Positions 1 to 9,808 of a stretch of DNA of 64,000 nt are shown piece after piece. The stretch is from assembly GCA_000092065.1 (NCBI GenBank), contig CP000587.1. The stretch is one strand, 5' to 3'. The notes beneath the pieces were generated by a model. The model saw only the letters and a program-made list of their open reading frames with translations, did not search any database and had not been told where the DNA came from. The position numbers and the translations under genes are program-made. This DNA comes from Ostreococcus lucimarinus. Lineage: Eukaryota. The stretch's first letter is position 1. Each line of letters starts with the position of its first letter.

Positions 1-215
1 AGACTGGCGAGAAACGTAGACTAGAGGACACCACCGACTCGACGGATCCAAACTTTCGCCCGAAGCTCGACGAAGAGGACAGGGAATCTTTGCGAAAACG
101 AAAAGGCGCGCTCGACGCCGCGTTCGCTGACGTCGACGGAGACGACTGATTAGGACCGTAATACTATAGCTTACCCGTAGTGAAGTGATTTACAACTCGA
201 CGCGCGCGCGTCTTA

Positions 216-911
216 CTAATCCGCCGCGTCGACGCGCGGCGCCTCGCCTCTCGCCGCCCCCGCCAACTCCGCCTGCATCCGTTTCAACTCCTCGGGATCG
301 ATTCCCTCTAATATCTTCGGCGCCACGACCGCTAAAAACACCGACATGATCACCATGAGCGCCATCGGATTCCTCAGCAAGCTCCCCAACGACACGCTCG
401 ACGCCGGCTCGTAGTATTCCAGCGTCGACGCCGGCGTCAATCGCAGCGGCTTCGTCGGCACCGTCACCGTTCGATCCTCGGCGAGATATGCCTCGACGTC
501 ACCGACCTTTCCTCCGTCTCCGTCGTCCGCGCCGACGATTCGCACGGCGACGGGCGGAAAATTCAACCCGACGGCGTGCACGTCCAGCACGTGTCTTCCC
601 GCGGGCGCGTCCCGCACCGCGAACGTCCCGTCTCCTCGCACTTTGGCCCCGATCTTCCCGTGCGCCTCCGTGTTCAGCGTCACTCGAATCGTTCGCGTGT
701 CCACGCCGTGCGCGCGCAGCGCGCCCTCGTCCAGCGCGCCGTCGAGGACGTAACGCTCGCGCGTCACCACCGCCGTGTTCGCGCCATCGCGCGTCTTCAT
801 CGTCCCCTCCTGCGCCGCGCGCGCGCCGCGCAGCGCCGCGAGCGTCGCGCACGCGCAGAGTGCGTACCATCCGATCGCGCGTCGCCGCGTCGCGTCGCGC
901 CGCGCGCGCAT
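216..911 (-). CDS. EMC7: ER membrane protein complex subunit 7 (EMC7)-like: signal peptide, beta-sandwich domain, C-terminal TM
   Basis: The translation aligns with human EMC7: GTFAVRDAPAGRHVLDVHAVGLNFPPVAVRIV matches [31 protein letters not shown], and LLRNPMALMVIMSVFLAVVAPKIL..DPEELKRMQ matches [32 protein letters not shown]. The N-terminus has a hydrophobic signal peptide (IGWYALCACATLAALRGARA). ATG confirmed at 911-909. Confidence 0.65.
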   Translation of the reverse strand: MRARRDATRRRAIGWYALCACATLAALRGARAAQEGTMKTRDGANTAVVTRERYVLDGALDEGALRAHGVDTRTIRVTLNTEAHGKIGAKVRGDGTFAVRDAPAGRHVLDVHAVGLNFPPVAVRIVGADDGDGGKVGDVEAYLAEDRTVTVPTKPLRLTPASTLEYYEPASSVSLGSLLRNPMALMVIMSVFLAVVAPKILEGIDPEELKRMQAELAGAARGEAPRVDAAD

Positions 912-998
912 CGCGTCGCGCTGTCCCGCGAACGCGCGGTGCGTCGCGCATTCAAAACCTCATTCGTCGTCGCCGCGCGTCGACGCGCGCGCGCCGTC

Positions 999-2459
999 AT
1001 GATCACCGACGACGCGTACGGACGATGGAAGTCGTTGGTCCCGTTCGTGTACGACTGGTTCGCGCACACGCGGACGTCGTGGCCGTCGCTGTGCGCGCGC
1101 TGGGGCGAGGTGCTCGACGCGAACGACCATCGCTCGCGACAGCGCGTCTATCTCACCGAACAGACCGAAGGGACGACGGCGAGCGGGAAGCCGACGCCGA
1201 ACACGATATTGGTGTGCCAGGCGGAGGTGGTGCGACCGCGCGTGGCGGCGGCGGAGCACATGATTTTCGATGAACACGCAAAGTCGCCAATTTTAAAGAA
1301 GGAAAAGGCGCTGTGGCACCCGGGAGAGGTGAATCGAATGCGGTGCGTGCCGGGGAAAGAAAACGTGCTGTTGACGCACACGGATGCGCCGGAGGTGTTC
1401 GTGTTCGACGCGAACGGGCCGGGAGGGAAGCAGAGCGCGTGTAAGAGAGCAGACGGGACGCAGTACACGCCGCCGACGGCGTGCTTGCGAGGACACACGG
1501 AAAACGCGGAATACGCGCTGGCGGTGTCGACGGTGGGAGAGGTGGTGGCGAGTGGAGGTAAGGATGAAAAGGTGATGATTTGGGAGCTCGGAGATGCGAG
1601 CACGGGGGGCGGGGCGAGAGGAAAGGAGGAGAAGGAGGGAAGCGGCGCGCCCGTGGTGGGCGGCGGGTTGAGCTCGACGGAACTCGCGAGACACACGTCT
1701 ATTTGGGCGCGCGTCGAGTTTTCGGGGCACACCGATACGATCGAGGATGTGTGCTTTAACCCACGGAACGAGCGGGAGCTGTGCTCGGTCGGGGATGATC
1801 GGAATATGTTTTTTTGGGACACGCGAACGAAGAAGGCGGCGGGGTTCGCGAAGGGGGCGCACGCGGACGACGTGCACTGCGTCGCGTGGAGCGCGTTCGA
1901 AGAGCACGTCATCGTTACTGGTGGAAAAGACACCACCGTTAAGGTTTGGGATCGTCGAACGCTGTCCGATAGCTCGAACGAGGCAATGCACACGTTCGAC
2001 GACCACACCGACAGTGTTTTGTGCGTGGACATGCACCCGCAGGCAAAGGGGGTTTTCATGACAGCCGACGAAGTAGGCCGCGTGAACGTGTTTGATTACT
2101 CGAAAGTCGGCGCTGAACAGAGTGCGGAACAAGCAAAAGCTGGTCCGGCGCACTTGGTCTTTCAGCACAGCGGCCATCGTGGGACGGTTTGGGATATTCA
2201 GTGGAACCCTTACGACTCCTGGACCGCGTGCTCGACCTCGGTCGGGGACTTTCAGAATACTTTGCAACTCTGGCGCGTGAACGATTTGATCTATCGCGAC
2301 GAAGAGGAGTGCATTCGTGAGCTCGAACAACATCGGGATATCATATGTGGTCGCGCGGCGCTGAAACAGTCAGAGCCGTCGGTGAAGGAGGAAAAAACGG
2401 ACGCCGACACCGACGGCGGCTCTATTATCATCGAAGACGACCGCGTGGACGAAGACTAG
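999..2459 (+). CDS. RBBP4: RbAp46/48 (RBBP4/7, MSI1)-type histone-binding WD40 protein
   Basis: [28 protein letters not shown] matches RBBP4 [59 protein letters not shown] matches [31 protein letters not shown]. The C-terminal WD repeat ...[25 protein letters not shown] matches [25 protein letters not shown]. ATG at 999; the track ORF start at 576 is an upstream extension. Confidence 0.85.
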   Translation: [486 protein letters not shown]

Positions 2460-2489
2460 ATCAAAATTTTGGAATCAAAAGACTAGAAA

Positions 2490-2528
2490 TGAAGTGTATC
2501 AATCATGAACTGAAGTGTATCTATCATG
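2490..2528. repeat. Direct repeat TGAAGTGTATC[A/T]ATCATG x2 in the 83-bp convergent 3' spacer between the RbAp48-like and G-patch genes
   Basis: Read directly: tgaagtgtatcaatcatg aac tgaagtgtatctatcatg. Confidence 0.5.
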
Positions 2529-2541
2529 TGTGCTAACTGCG

Positions 2542-3791
2542 CTAACGTTCTGCTCCGAACGCGCCGAGTCCGACGCGTTTTCCTCGAGTCGTCGCGGTGA
2601 CGGGCTCCGCGATGCCCTCGCCTTCTCTACCTACGCCTGAGCCTTGCCCTTGGAATCCCATCTTAGCGAGCATGCGGCTCCCGAACCCAGTGGTATGTTT
2701 TTCAAACGCGCCGTACTCGTGTCCCGCGCCGACAACGGTGCCGCGCTTCTTCGCGCGAGCCTTCTCGATGAATTCTCGGTCCCTTGCCTGCGCCTCGGCC
2801 GCGCGTCGCGCGCCGCGATTCGGATACACGACCGGTTCACCGTTGGCGTTGGGTTCCATCGACGGTTTCTTGCGAGAATCCTCGTCGTCGTCGTCGTCGA
2901 TGAAGACGTCGGAGTCTCGCGCGACACCGCCAGAAATGAATTGCACTGCAGGTTTCGCGCGTCGACGCGTCTTCTTCGTCGGCCCACCGCGCGTACTTTT
3001 TGTCGACGCGCGCGCCCCGCGAACGTTCGTCGAGCGCGGCTCTCGTCGAGCGGCAGAATCTATGTGAATGATCGCGTGACGCCTCTTCCCACCACCGCGA
3101 ACTTCGAGCGCGCAGTCGTGCCGTTTCGCGACCCTCGCCGCGTCTTCGAGCGAAAGCGACGTCGGGCACCCGACGTACGCCGCGCCCGCGTCGATCGCCG
3201 CCGCGATAACGCGCGACCACTTCGCGTCGTCGTCGTCGTCGTCGAAATCATCGCTCGCGTTCGCCGCGAATCGCGCCTCGATTTCTTCTTCGTCGCTCGA
3301 ATCCCACGGAGGCTCCGGCGGCCCGCCCTCGACGTCCATGTTCATGATCGATCGCAACTCTCGCGCGAGCCTCGCGTCGCTCTCATCCTCGTCCTCGTCG
3401 AACTCGCGCTCGTCCTCATCGCCCACGAACGCCCCATCGTCGCCCTCGTCGCTCGACGTCGCCCCGCCGCTCCGCAAACGCGCGTTCTCCGCGTAATCCA
3501 TCGCCGCGTCGTCGTCCACGCTCGAGCCGTCGCTCCAATCCTCGTCCGAGCTCTCCGCCGCCTCCTCCGACGCCACCGACGCCGCCATTCGCATACTATC
3601 GTTCCCGATCGACGTCCCGCCGTCTCCCGCGCCGTCGTACTCGTGCGCCACCGCCGCGTTCGCCGACGCCGACGCGCCGCCGACGCGGTCCAGCACCACC
3701 TCCACGCCGCCGACGCGCAGGATCCGCGCGCCGCGTCCGCCGCGTCCGCGCCGTCGATATCGCGCGCATCGCAATCCCGCGCGTCGCGTCG

Positions 3792-3822
<31 letters not shown>

Positions 3823-3990
3823 CGAGCTCGACCGCCCGGCGATGATTTCTTCGTCCGTCCACCGCGCGCGCGTCGCGCGGCGCGCGCCGTCGGCGTCGCG
3901 ACGCCGCGCGGGCGACCGCGCGCCCGCGCGCCGCGCGTCCGCGTCCGCGCGTCGCGCGGGCATGCGCGCGGCGGACGGATGCCGCGTCAC
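2542..3990 (-). CDS. G-patch domain protein with long acidic (D/E, DG-repeat) regions; start codon uncertain
   Basis: The C-terminal TTGFGSRMLAKMGFQGQGSGVGREGEGIAEPVTATTRGKRVGLG fits the G-patch consensus (GxxLLxKMGWxxGxGLG....GLG). The region 3790-3820 is a (GTCGCC)n microsatellite encoding DGDGDGDG. Confidence 0.55.
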
Positions 3991-4278
3991 ACGATGCCGC
4001 GCGCGACGTCGAGCGACGACGCGCGACGGCGCGCGCGCGACGGCGCGACGCGCGTCCGGAGACGCGCGCGACGACCGCGCGGATCGTGGCGAGGCGTCGC
4101 GTGCGCGTGCGCGGTCGTCGCGACGGCGACGCGCGAGGCGAGGGGTGCGTTCGGGACAAGATGCGACGACGACGACGACGACGACGCGACGACGCGACGA
4201 CGCGACGACGCGACGGAAGAAACGGAAGAAACGGAAGACTGACGCGTCGGCGCGCGACCAGGCGGCATCGCGAGCAAA

Positions 4279-5040
4279 ATGGCGCTGAAGTACGGGAAGG
4301 AGGCGCTCAGGGAGGCGCGCGCGGCGCGCGAGGCGGGACGCGCGCCGAACGGGTGGACGGCGCGCGCGGTGGATTGGGCGACGCGAAAGCTCGAGGAAAG
4401 ACGCGACGACGACGAGGAGGGCGATGGTGGACGCGCGCGGAGCGCGTTCGAGGGAAGCACGGACGAGGGATGGCGGGAGACGGAGGATTGGGATTCGGGC
4501 GCGAGCGAAGACGCGGACGCGAGCGGAGACGCGGCGACGAAGGACGCGGACGCGGGATCGGTGACGCGCGATGAGGACGAGACGGAGAGCGACGGCGCGG
4601 GCGTGGGAATGCGAGTGATGTATCCGGAGACGTTCGATGAGGTCACGGCGGCGGCGAGGAACGAGGCGGGGGCGTGCGCGAGCGACGGTTCGAGCGACGA
4701 CGTCGAGCGATGGCTCGTCGTCGCGTGCGCGCGGAGTTCACCGACGTGTCGCGATTTAGCGCCGAGACTGGCGCTGATGAGCCATGATAGCGCGTTCACG
4801 TCGAGCGAGGGCGCGGGGTACGGCGTCGGGTGGGTCGATTGTACGCCCGAAAACGCGAGAGGATGGTGCGTCAACCGACTCGGCGCCAAGGCGGTGCCGA
4901 CGATCGTCGCCATCGCGCGCGGGCGAGAAGAGACGTACGACGGCGGATTCAAGGGAGATTTCATGCGAGAAATTCGGCGTTTCGCCACGTCTCACGCGGC
5001 GTCCGCGTCGACGAGTTGCTCGGCTTCGGGCGACGAGTAA
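4279..5040 (+). CDS. Thioredoxin-fold protein of the TXNDC9 / phosducin-like-3 type (acidic N-terminal region, Trx fold without CxxC)
   Basis: ERWLVVACARSSPTCRDLAPRLALMSHD...AVPTIVAIARG resembles TXNDC9 [27 protein letters not shown]...VIPTLALLKDG. Genuine ATG at 4279. Confidence 0.55.
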   Translation: MALKYGKEALREARAAREAGRAPNGWTARAVDWATRKLEERRDDDEEGDGGRARSAFEGSTDEGWRETEDWDSGASEDADASGDAATKDADAGSVTRDEDETESDGAGVGMRVMYPETFDEVTAAARNEAGACASDGSSDDVERWLVVACARSSPTCRDLAPRLALMSHDSAFTSSEGAGYGVGWVDCTPENARGWCVNRLGAKAVPTIVAIARGREETYDGGFKGDFMREIRRFATSHAASASTSCSASGDE

Positions 5041-5087
5041 CCGACTCGGCGAGCGAAAGCCCGAGGCCCGCCACTCGCGGTCGCGCC

Positions 5088-6284
5088 ATGGCGGTCGCCA
5101 CCGGTGGACGTTTCGCCGAACGCTCCGCGTCGGTGAAGCCGATCGGACGCGAGCGCCCAGAACGTCGCGCGCGGCGTCGAGTGGTGCGCGTGGCGTCGAC
5201 TCGCGACGCTCGACTCGTGGAGCTTTATTCGGGCATCGGCGCCACTCGACTCGCGCTGGAGCCTCTGGTGACGCTTAAAAGCGCCATCGCGGTGGATAAC
5301 TCCGACGCCGCGAACGCGGTGTACGAGGCCAACTTCGCCGACGCCCCGCGAAGAGTCAACGTAGAGCACCTGGACTTGAATGCGCTTTTCGCATCTGGGA
5401 ACGGGGACGAGGGACGACAGGGACGAAGGAACGACTACGTGTTGACTGTTTCTCCCCCGTGTCAGCCGTACACGCGACGAGGCAAAGGCTTGGCGTCCGA
5501 AGATCCGCGCGCTCGAAGCTTTCACGCGGTGATTGATCAGCTGCGCGCGATCGAGCACGTTCCCAGACGTATATTTGTCGAAAACGTCGTCGGCTTTGAG
5601 TCGAGCGACACGAGACGCGCGCTATTGAACGCGTTAGGAAGTCGGCGATACGACGTGAGGGAGTTTATCGTTAGTCCGATGGCGTTGGGCATTCCGTATT
5701 CGCGTTCTCGTTACTACTTGATCGCGACTTTGCGCGAGGGCGGGTTTCGCGCTCCGACGCCGGCGTGGCTTGCGGGACGAGAATTAAACGACGACGGATC
5801 CGTCGTCACCTCTGACGCGCAGAGCAGTCCGTCATCGTCAGCGACGCTCAGTGAGTACATAGTCGCCGACGCGGATGGGCGAGTGGACTTATTGTTGAGC
5901 CCAGATACGATCAAGAAGTATCGTCGCATGCTCGACGTGGTGCACGCGAAGAGTCGGCGGTGCTCCACATTCACGTCAGGTTACGGCAGTACAGTGTTCG
6001 GGGGCTCAGTCGTACTTCGCGGCGGTAACGATGAGCTTGTGTCGATGTTGGAAGTAGATGTAAACGAGACGTCGGGCGTCGCTCGAATCAGCGAGCGAGA
6101 CATCGAACGTTTCGTCGGCGAATTGCGCTGGTTCGCCGTTGAAGAAATCAAGAGGCTGCACGGCGTGCGGCGAGATTTCACGTTCGACGCGTGTTCGACG
6201 AAGAAGGCGATATTCCTCCTCGGCAACTCGATATCGGTCGACGTCGTTCGCGAAGTGCTGCGCCATTTGATTCAAGACGGTTAG
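5088..6284 (+). CDS. TRDMT1: DNMT2 / TRDMT1 tRNA (cytosine-5)-methyltransferase
   Basis: Motif I is LVELYSGIGATRLAL, motif IV is SPPCQPYTRRGK (PCQ), motif VI is IFVENVVGFE (ENV), and a Dnmt2-type CFT-like motif is CSTFTSGYGS. ATG at 5088. The track ORF start at 4830 overlaps the upstream gene in another frame. Confidence 0.85.
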   Translation: MAVATGGRFAERSASVKPIGRERPERRARRRVVRVASTRDARLVELYSGIGATRLALEPLVTLKSAIAVDNSDAANAVYEANFADAPRRVNVEHLDLNALFASGNGDEGRQGRRNDYVLTVSPPCQPYTRRGKGLASEDPRARSFHAVIDQLRAIEHVPRRIFVENVVGFESSDTRRALLNALGSRRYDVREFIVSPMALGIPYSRSRYYLIATLREGGFRAPTPAWLAGRELNDDGSVVTSDAQSSPSSSATLSEYIVADADGRVDLLLSPDTIKKYRRMLDVVHAKSRRCSTFTSGYGSTVFGGSVVLRGGNDELVSMLEVDVNETSGVARISERDIERFVGELRWFAVEEIKRLHGVRRDFTFDACSTKKAIFLLGNSISVDVVREVLRHLIQDG

Positions 6285-6375
6285 GCGCGCGTATTTTTAG
6301 AAGATAGCGATTTAGAGAATAGCGCGATTTTAGGAGCAGGTTTCGTAGAAGTTGACGATTTCGCGCGCGACGCGA

Positions 6376-6945
6376 CTACTTTCGCACGATTGAACCGTAG
6401 AGAACGATCGGCCCGGCCCCGCCGTCATCTTCTTCCGTCTCGAAATCGTCGGCTGTCGCTCGGATCACGACGGAACGCCCCGCGATGGAGTTCGACGTAC
6501 CCGCCTTCAGCGTCGTGTACAAATCCTTGAAACTCGTCGTCGAATCGCCATTTTCGTCCGCGACGATGTTTCCTAGATCTCCAATGTGTCTGTTCAGCAC
6601 GCATCCATCGCCCACGAAGTGGCACGCGCTCGCGCCAAACTTTTTCAACGCCGTCGGTCCGTGGTGCGGTCGCTTATCGGGATTATAGCTCTTCCCCGTG
6701 CACGCGCCCGCGTCGTCGCACCCGCTCACGTCCCCATTCTCGTGCACGTTGATCCCGTGTTTCCCCGGCGTCAACCCTCGAACGTTCGCTCGCACCACCA
6801 CGACCTCCTGGTTCGCGCGGTTCGTCTCCAGCGAAAACTCCACCTCGCCGCTCGCCCCCGCGCCCGCGCGCGTCGGCGTCAGCCTCGCCGCGTACGTCGC
6901 CTCGCCCGCCCACGCGACGCTCGCGGACGCGTGCAGCGCCACCAT
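6376..6945 (-). CDS. Cu/Zn superoxide dismutase-like protein with a signal-peptide-like N-terminus; several canonical metal ligands are substituted
   Basis: SOD1 fold signatures are present: HGINVHENGD (versus HGFHVHQFGD), RHIGDLGN, and AGRSVVIRATADD (versus IGRTLVVHEKADD). The N-terminal MVALHASASVAWA is signal-peptide-like. An in-frame upstream ORF extends to 7503, so the start could lie further 5'. Confidence 0.65.
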   Translation of the reverse strand: MVALHASASVAWAGEATYAARLTPTRAGAGASGEVEFSLETNRANQEVVVVRANVRGLTPGKHGINVHENGDVSGCDDAGACTGKSYNPDKRPHHGPTALKKFGASACHFVGDGCVLNRHIGDLGNIVADENGDSTTSFKDLYTTLKAGTSNSIAGRSVVIRATADDFETEEDDGGAGPIVLYGSIVRK

Positions 6946-7186
6946 CGCGCTCGCGAGCGCGCGCGCCGCGTCCGCGCGTCGTCCCGCGCGCGTCCCCGTC
7001 GCGTCATCCACGTCCGCGCGCGTCGCGTCATCGCGCGCCGCCCGCGCCGCGCGCGCGCCGCGCGTCGCGCGCGCGCGTCGCGTCGTCGCGCGCGCCGTTA
7101 CTCGGCGCGTCGCCGTCGCCGTCGCCGTCGCGCGCGTCGTCGTCGTCGCCATCGCGTCGCGCACTGCGGCGGCACTTCGCGCCGAC

Positions 7187-8128
7187 ATGCCGACCGTCGA
7201 CGCGCTCGCGCTGATGCGCGAGCGCAACGCGCGCATGCACAGCGCGGCCTCCGTCGCGCGCGGCACGACCGGATTCGCGCCGCGCGCGTCCGACGTGTTC
7301 ATCGCGACGTATCCGAAGACGGGGACGACGTGGATGATGCAGATTTGCCACCAGGTTCGCTGCGAGGCGGCGCGCGCGCGAGGCGAAGACGCGAACGGCG
7401 AAGCGTTCGACGAGATCACCGAGGTCGTGCCGTGGGACGTCGTCGCGCTGGATTGCGGGCAAGACCTGGACGCGGCGCAGACGACGACGCCGAGGCTGTT
7501 CAAGAGTCACGAGCGCGCGACGACGATGGCGCGAGGCGCGCGAAGCGTCGTCGTGACGCGCGAACCGGCGGATGTGTTTCATTCGTTTTATGAATTCTTG
7601 CCGGCGTACATGGGGATCGAACGCGGCGCGATCACGAGAGAGGAGTTCGCGGAGGCGATATTCGCGGGCGCGAGTCACAGTGGGGGGTTCGCGGAGCATT
7701 ATTTGTCGTGGTACGACGCGGCGACGGCGTCGCGCGACGACGTGTTGATGGTGGCGTTCGAGGACATGAAGGAGGATTTGGGCGCGGTCGTGGACGACGT
7801 GGCGGCGTTTTTGCGTTGTGAATTGGACGAGCGCGGGCGCGACGTGGTCTTAGAGCGCGCGAGTTTCGCGTACATGCGAAAAAACCACACGAAATTCGAC
7901 GACCATTTCGTCCGCGCGAGGTTGGCGGAGCAAATCGGCTTACCGAAGGCGTCGACGTTCAGCGTCGGCAAAGTGCGCGAGGGCGGTGGCGCCGTGGGCG
8001 CCGGCGCGCGCGAGCTTCCACAAACGGTGCGCGACGCGATTCAAGCGCACTGGGACGCTCGCATGGCGCCGAGAGGGTTCAAGACGTACGACGCGTTTCG
8101 CGCCGCGCTGCGCGATTTGCGCCGCTGA
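7187..8128 (+). CDS. Cytosolic-type (PAPS-dependent) sulfotransferase
   Basis: The 5'-PSB motif is IATYPKTGTTW. The 3'-PB-like region is VVVTREPADVFHSFYEF. FEDMKEDL resembles SULT1A1 YEDMKENP. ATG at 7187. The track start at 6698 is an extension overlapping the SOD-like gene on the other strand. Confidence 0.8.
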   Translation: MPTVDALALMRERNARMHSAASVARGTTGFAPRASDVFIATYPKTGTTWMMQICHQVRCEAARARGEDANGEAFDEITEVVPWDVVALDCGQDLDAAQTTTPRLFKSHERATTMARGARSVVVTREPADVFHSFYEFLPAYMGIERGAITREEFAEAIFAGASHSGGFAEHYLSWYDAATASRDDVLMVAFEDMKEDLGAVVDDVAAFLRCELDERGRDVVLERASFAYMRKNHTKFDDHFVRARLAEQIGLPKASTFSVGKVREGGGAVGAGARELPQTVRDAIQAHWDARMAPRGFKTYDAFRAALRDLRR

Positions 8129-8308
8129 GTCGTTGCGGGCACCTCGCGCGCGTTGTATTTATATAGTCATCCCTTAGCGCCACGTCACGAGCGCGCGCGC
8201 GCTCGCACGAAAACGAACGCGACCTGCGCGCGCGCGTCTCCGGTCGTCGTCTGCGCGCGTCGTCGTCCTTCGAAGCGCGTCGTCCCGCCGACGCCACTCG
8301 CCGGCGCG

Positions 8309-9475
8309 ATGAACGCCCACGCGAGCAAGCGACCGCCGGCGTCGGCGGCGACAACGAAAACGAAACGAAGAAAGCACGCGATGCGCGCGTCGAGCGCGGC
8401 GCGCGCGTCGGCGTCAGACGCGTCCGGCGCGACGCGCCGAGCGTGGGAAATCTCCAAGAAGGGCAATTTGCAAAACTTGAAACTCAACGAACGCGCGGCG
8501 CGAGAAGCGCTCGGGCCGAACGAGTGCAGAATCGCCGTCCGAGCGATCGGTTTAAATTTCGCGGACGTGTTTACGGTGCTCGGGCTGTACAGCGCGGCGC
8601 CGGAAGGGACCTTCGTGCCCGGTCTCGAGTGTTGCGGCGAGGTGGTGGAGACGGCGAGCGGGTCAAACTACGTCGTCGGCGATCGGGTGATGTGCGTAGT
8701 GCGGTTCGGCGCGTTTGCGGACGAGATTAATTGTCCGGTGACGCAAATGCGAAAACTACCGAATGGATGGAGCTTCGAGGAAGGATCTGCGTTTCTCGTG
8801 CAAGGTTTGACGTCGTACTACGGCCTGAAGGCGCTCGGCGACGTTCGCAAAAACGCGTCGGTGCTCGTTCATTCCGCCGCGGGCGGTTGTGGATTACAGA
8901 GTTTAGGGATATGCGAACGGGTCGGAGCGAAGGCGATCGCGGTTATTGGAAACCCGTCAAAAGTTGACACGCTCAAGGAACGATTTCCATCGCTCAAGGC
9001 GATAATTGTCCGCGATCGTAAACGGTTCGCCAAGCAAGTTCGTGACGCGTGCGAAGCTATCGGCGCGAGTGAGGGCGTCGACATCGTTTTCGATGCGACG
9101 CTTGGTGATTTCTTCCAAGGTGGTTGGGAGAATTTGGCGCGAGGTGGTCGATACGTGGTGTATGGCGCCGCGGATCTCACACCGCGGGGAGATTCAATTG
9201 GATTGTTGGGCTGGATTAAGCTCGCGTGGAAGTTCGTGCGACGACAGAAAGTCGACCCTCTCATGCTTCCCGGTGAGAACAAGGGCATTTTGGGGTTCAA
9301 TTTGATTTGGCAGTTTGATAGGCAGGAAGAACTCGCGCGATTGTTGGCCGAGCTCCTCGCGCTCGATTTGCCCGCTCCAAAGGTAGGCGCAACGTTCGAG
9401 TTCAGCCAGTTGCCTGAGGCCTTGCGTTTGTTTCAAACCGGACAAACGACTGGCAAGGTCGTGGTGAAAATCTAG
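8309..9475 (+). CDS. Medium-chain dehydrogenase/reductase (zinc-free quinone oxidoreductase / VAT-1-like)
   Basis: The MDR fold: N-terminal GroES-like region (IAVRAIGLNFADVFTVLGLY...PGLECCGEV) and Rossmann motif VLVHSAAGGCGLQSLGICERVGAKAIAV. Confidence 0.75.
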   Translation: MNAHASKRPPASAATTKTKRRKHAMRASSAARASASDASGATRRAWEISKKGNLQNLKLNERAAREALGPNECRIAVRAIGLNFADVFTVLGLYSAAPEGTFVPGLECCGEVVETASGSNYVVGDRVMCVVRFGAFADEINCPVTQMRKLPNGWSFEEGSAFLVQGLTSYYGLKALGDVRKNASVLVHSAAGGCGLQSLGICERVGAKAIAVIGNPSKVDTLKERFPSLKAIIVRDRKRFAKQVRDACEAIGASEGVDIVFDATLGDFFQGGWENLARGGRYVVYGAADLTPRGDSIGLLGWIKLAWKFVRRQKVDPLMLPGENKGILGFNLIWQFDRQEELARLLAELLALDLPAPKVGATFEFSQLPEALRLFQTGQTTGKVVVKI

Positions 9476-9808
9476 GCGATCGTTCTAGAGTTAGTACGTA
9501 GTTGGATTGTCGCAAAGCTCGCAGGTAACAAATTCCGAGCCTCGTTCGAGCCTCGTTTTCTCGTAGTCGCCACTTTCTCGCCGCTCTTTCATGATGCGTT
9601 TCACCACTACGATGCTTGCATTCTTCCTCGTTCTCTTCGTTTCAGCGAGGTTTCGACCGTGCGCGGCGACTCGCGTCTCGACGCGGGTCTACGAAAAAGA
9701 CGACGGAGCAACGATTGATGTGACTCGCGAACATCGTTTAAACGGCTACTTTGTGAGCGCGGTATATACGAAACCTTGAGGGGTTGTGTATAAATGATTC
9801 TTTTTTGA

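Noticed and set aside
488-4242. Long Arg/Ala/Pro-rich ORFs in the track (for example 488-1273, 499-951, 2644-4242, 3596-4159, 3842-4288, 4086-4574), many overlapping real genes
   Set aside because: Their composition is dominated by R/A/G/P runs typical of out-of-frame or antisense translation of GC-rich coding DNA. They carry no domain motifs. Each overlaps a gene with clear homology on another frame or strand.
576-8153. Track start positions 576 (WD40), 4830 (DNMT2), 6698 (sulfotransferase), 8153 (VAT-1-like), 16615 and 34954
   Set aside because: The ORF track extends to the most upstream in-frame start including TTG/GTG printed as M; 16615 is TTG, 34954 is TTG and 63957 is TTG. Homology begins at downstream ATGs (999, 5088, 7187, 8309), which I used instead.
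9591-9779. 62-aa ORF with a signal-peptide-like N-terminus in the AT-rich spacer between two convergent genes
   Set aside because: It lies wholly within the convergent 3' UTR region (stops at 9475 and 9809). Its codon usage is unlike the local GC3-rich genes and it has no homology. More likely it is UTR sequence.
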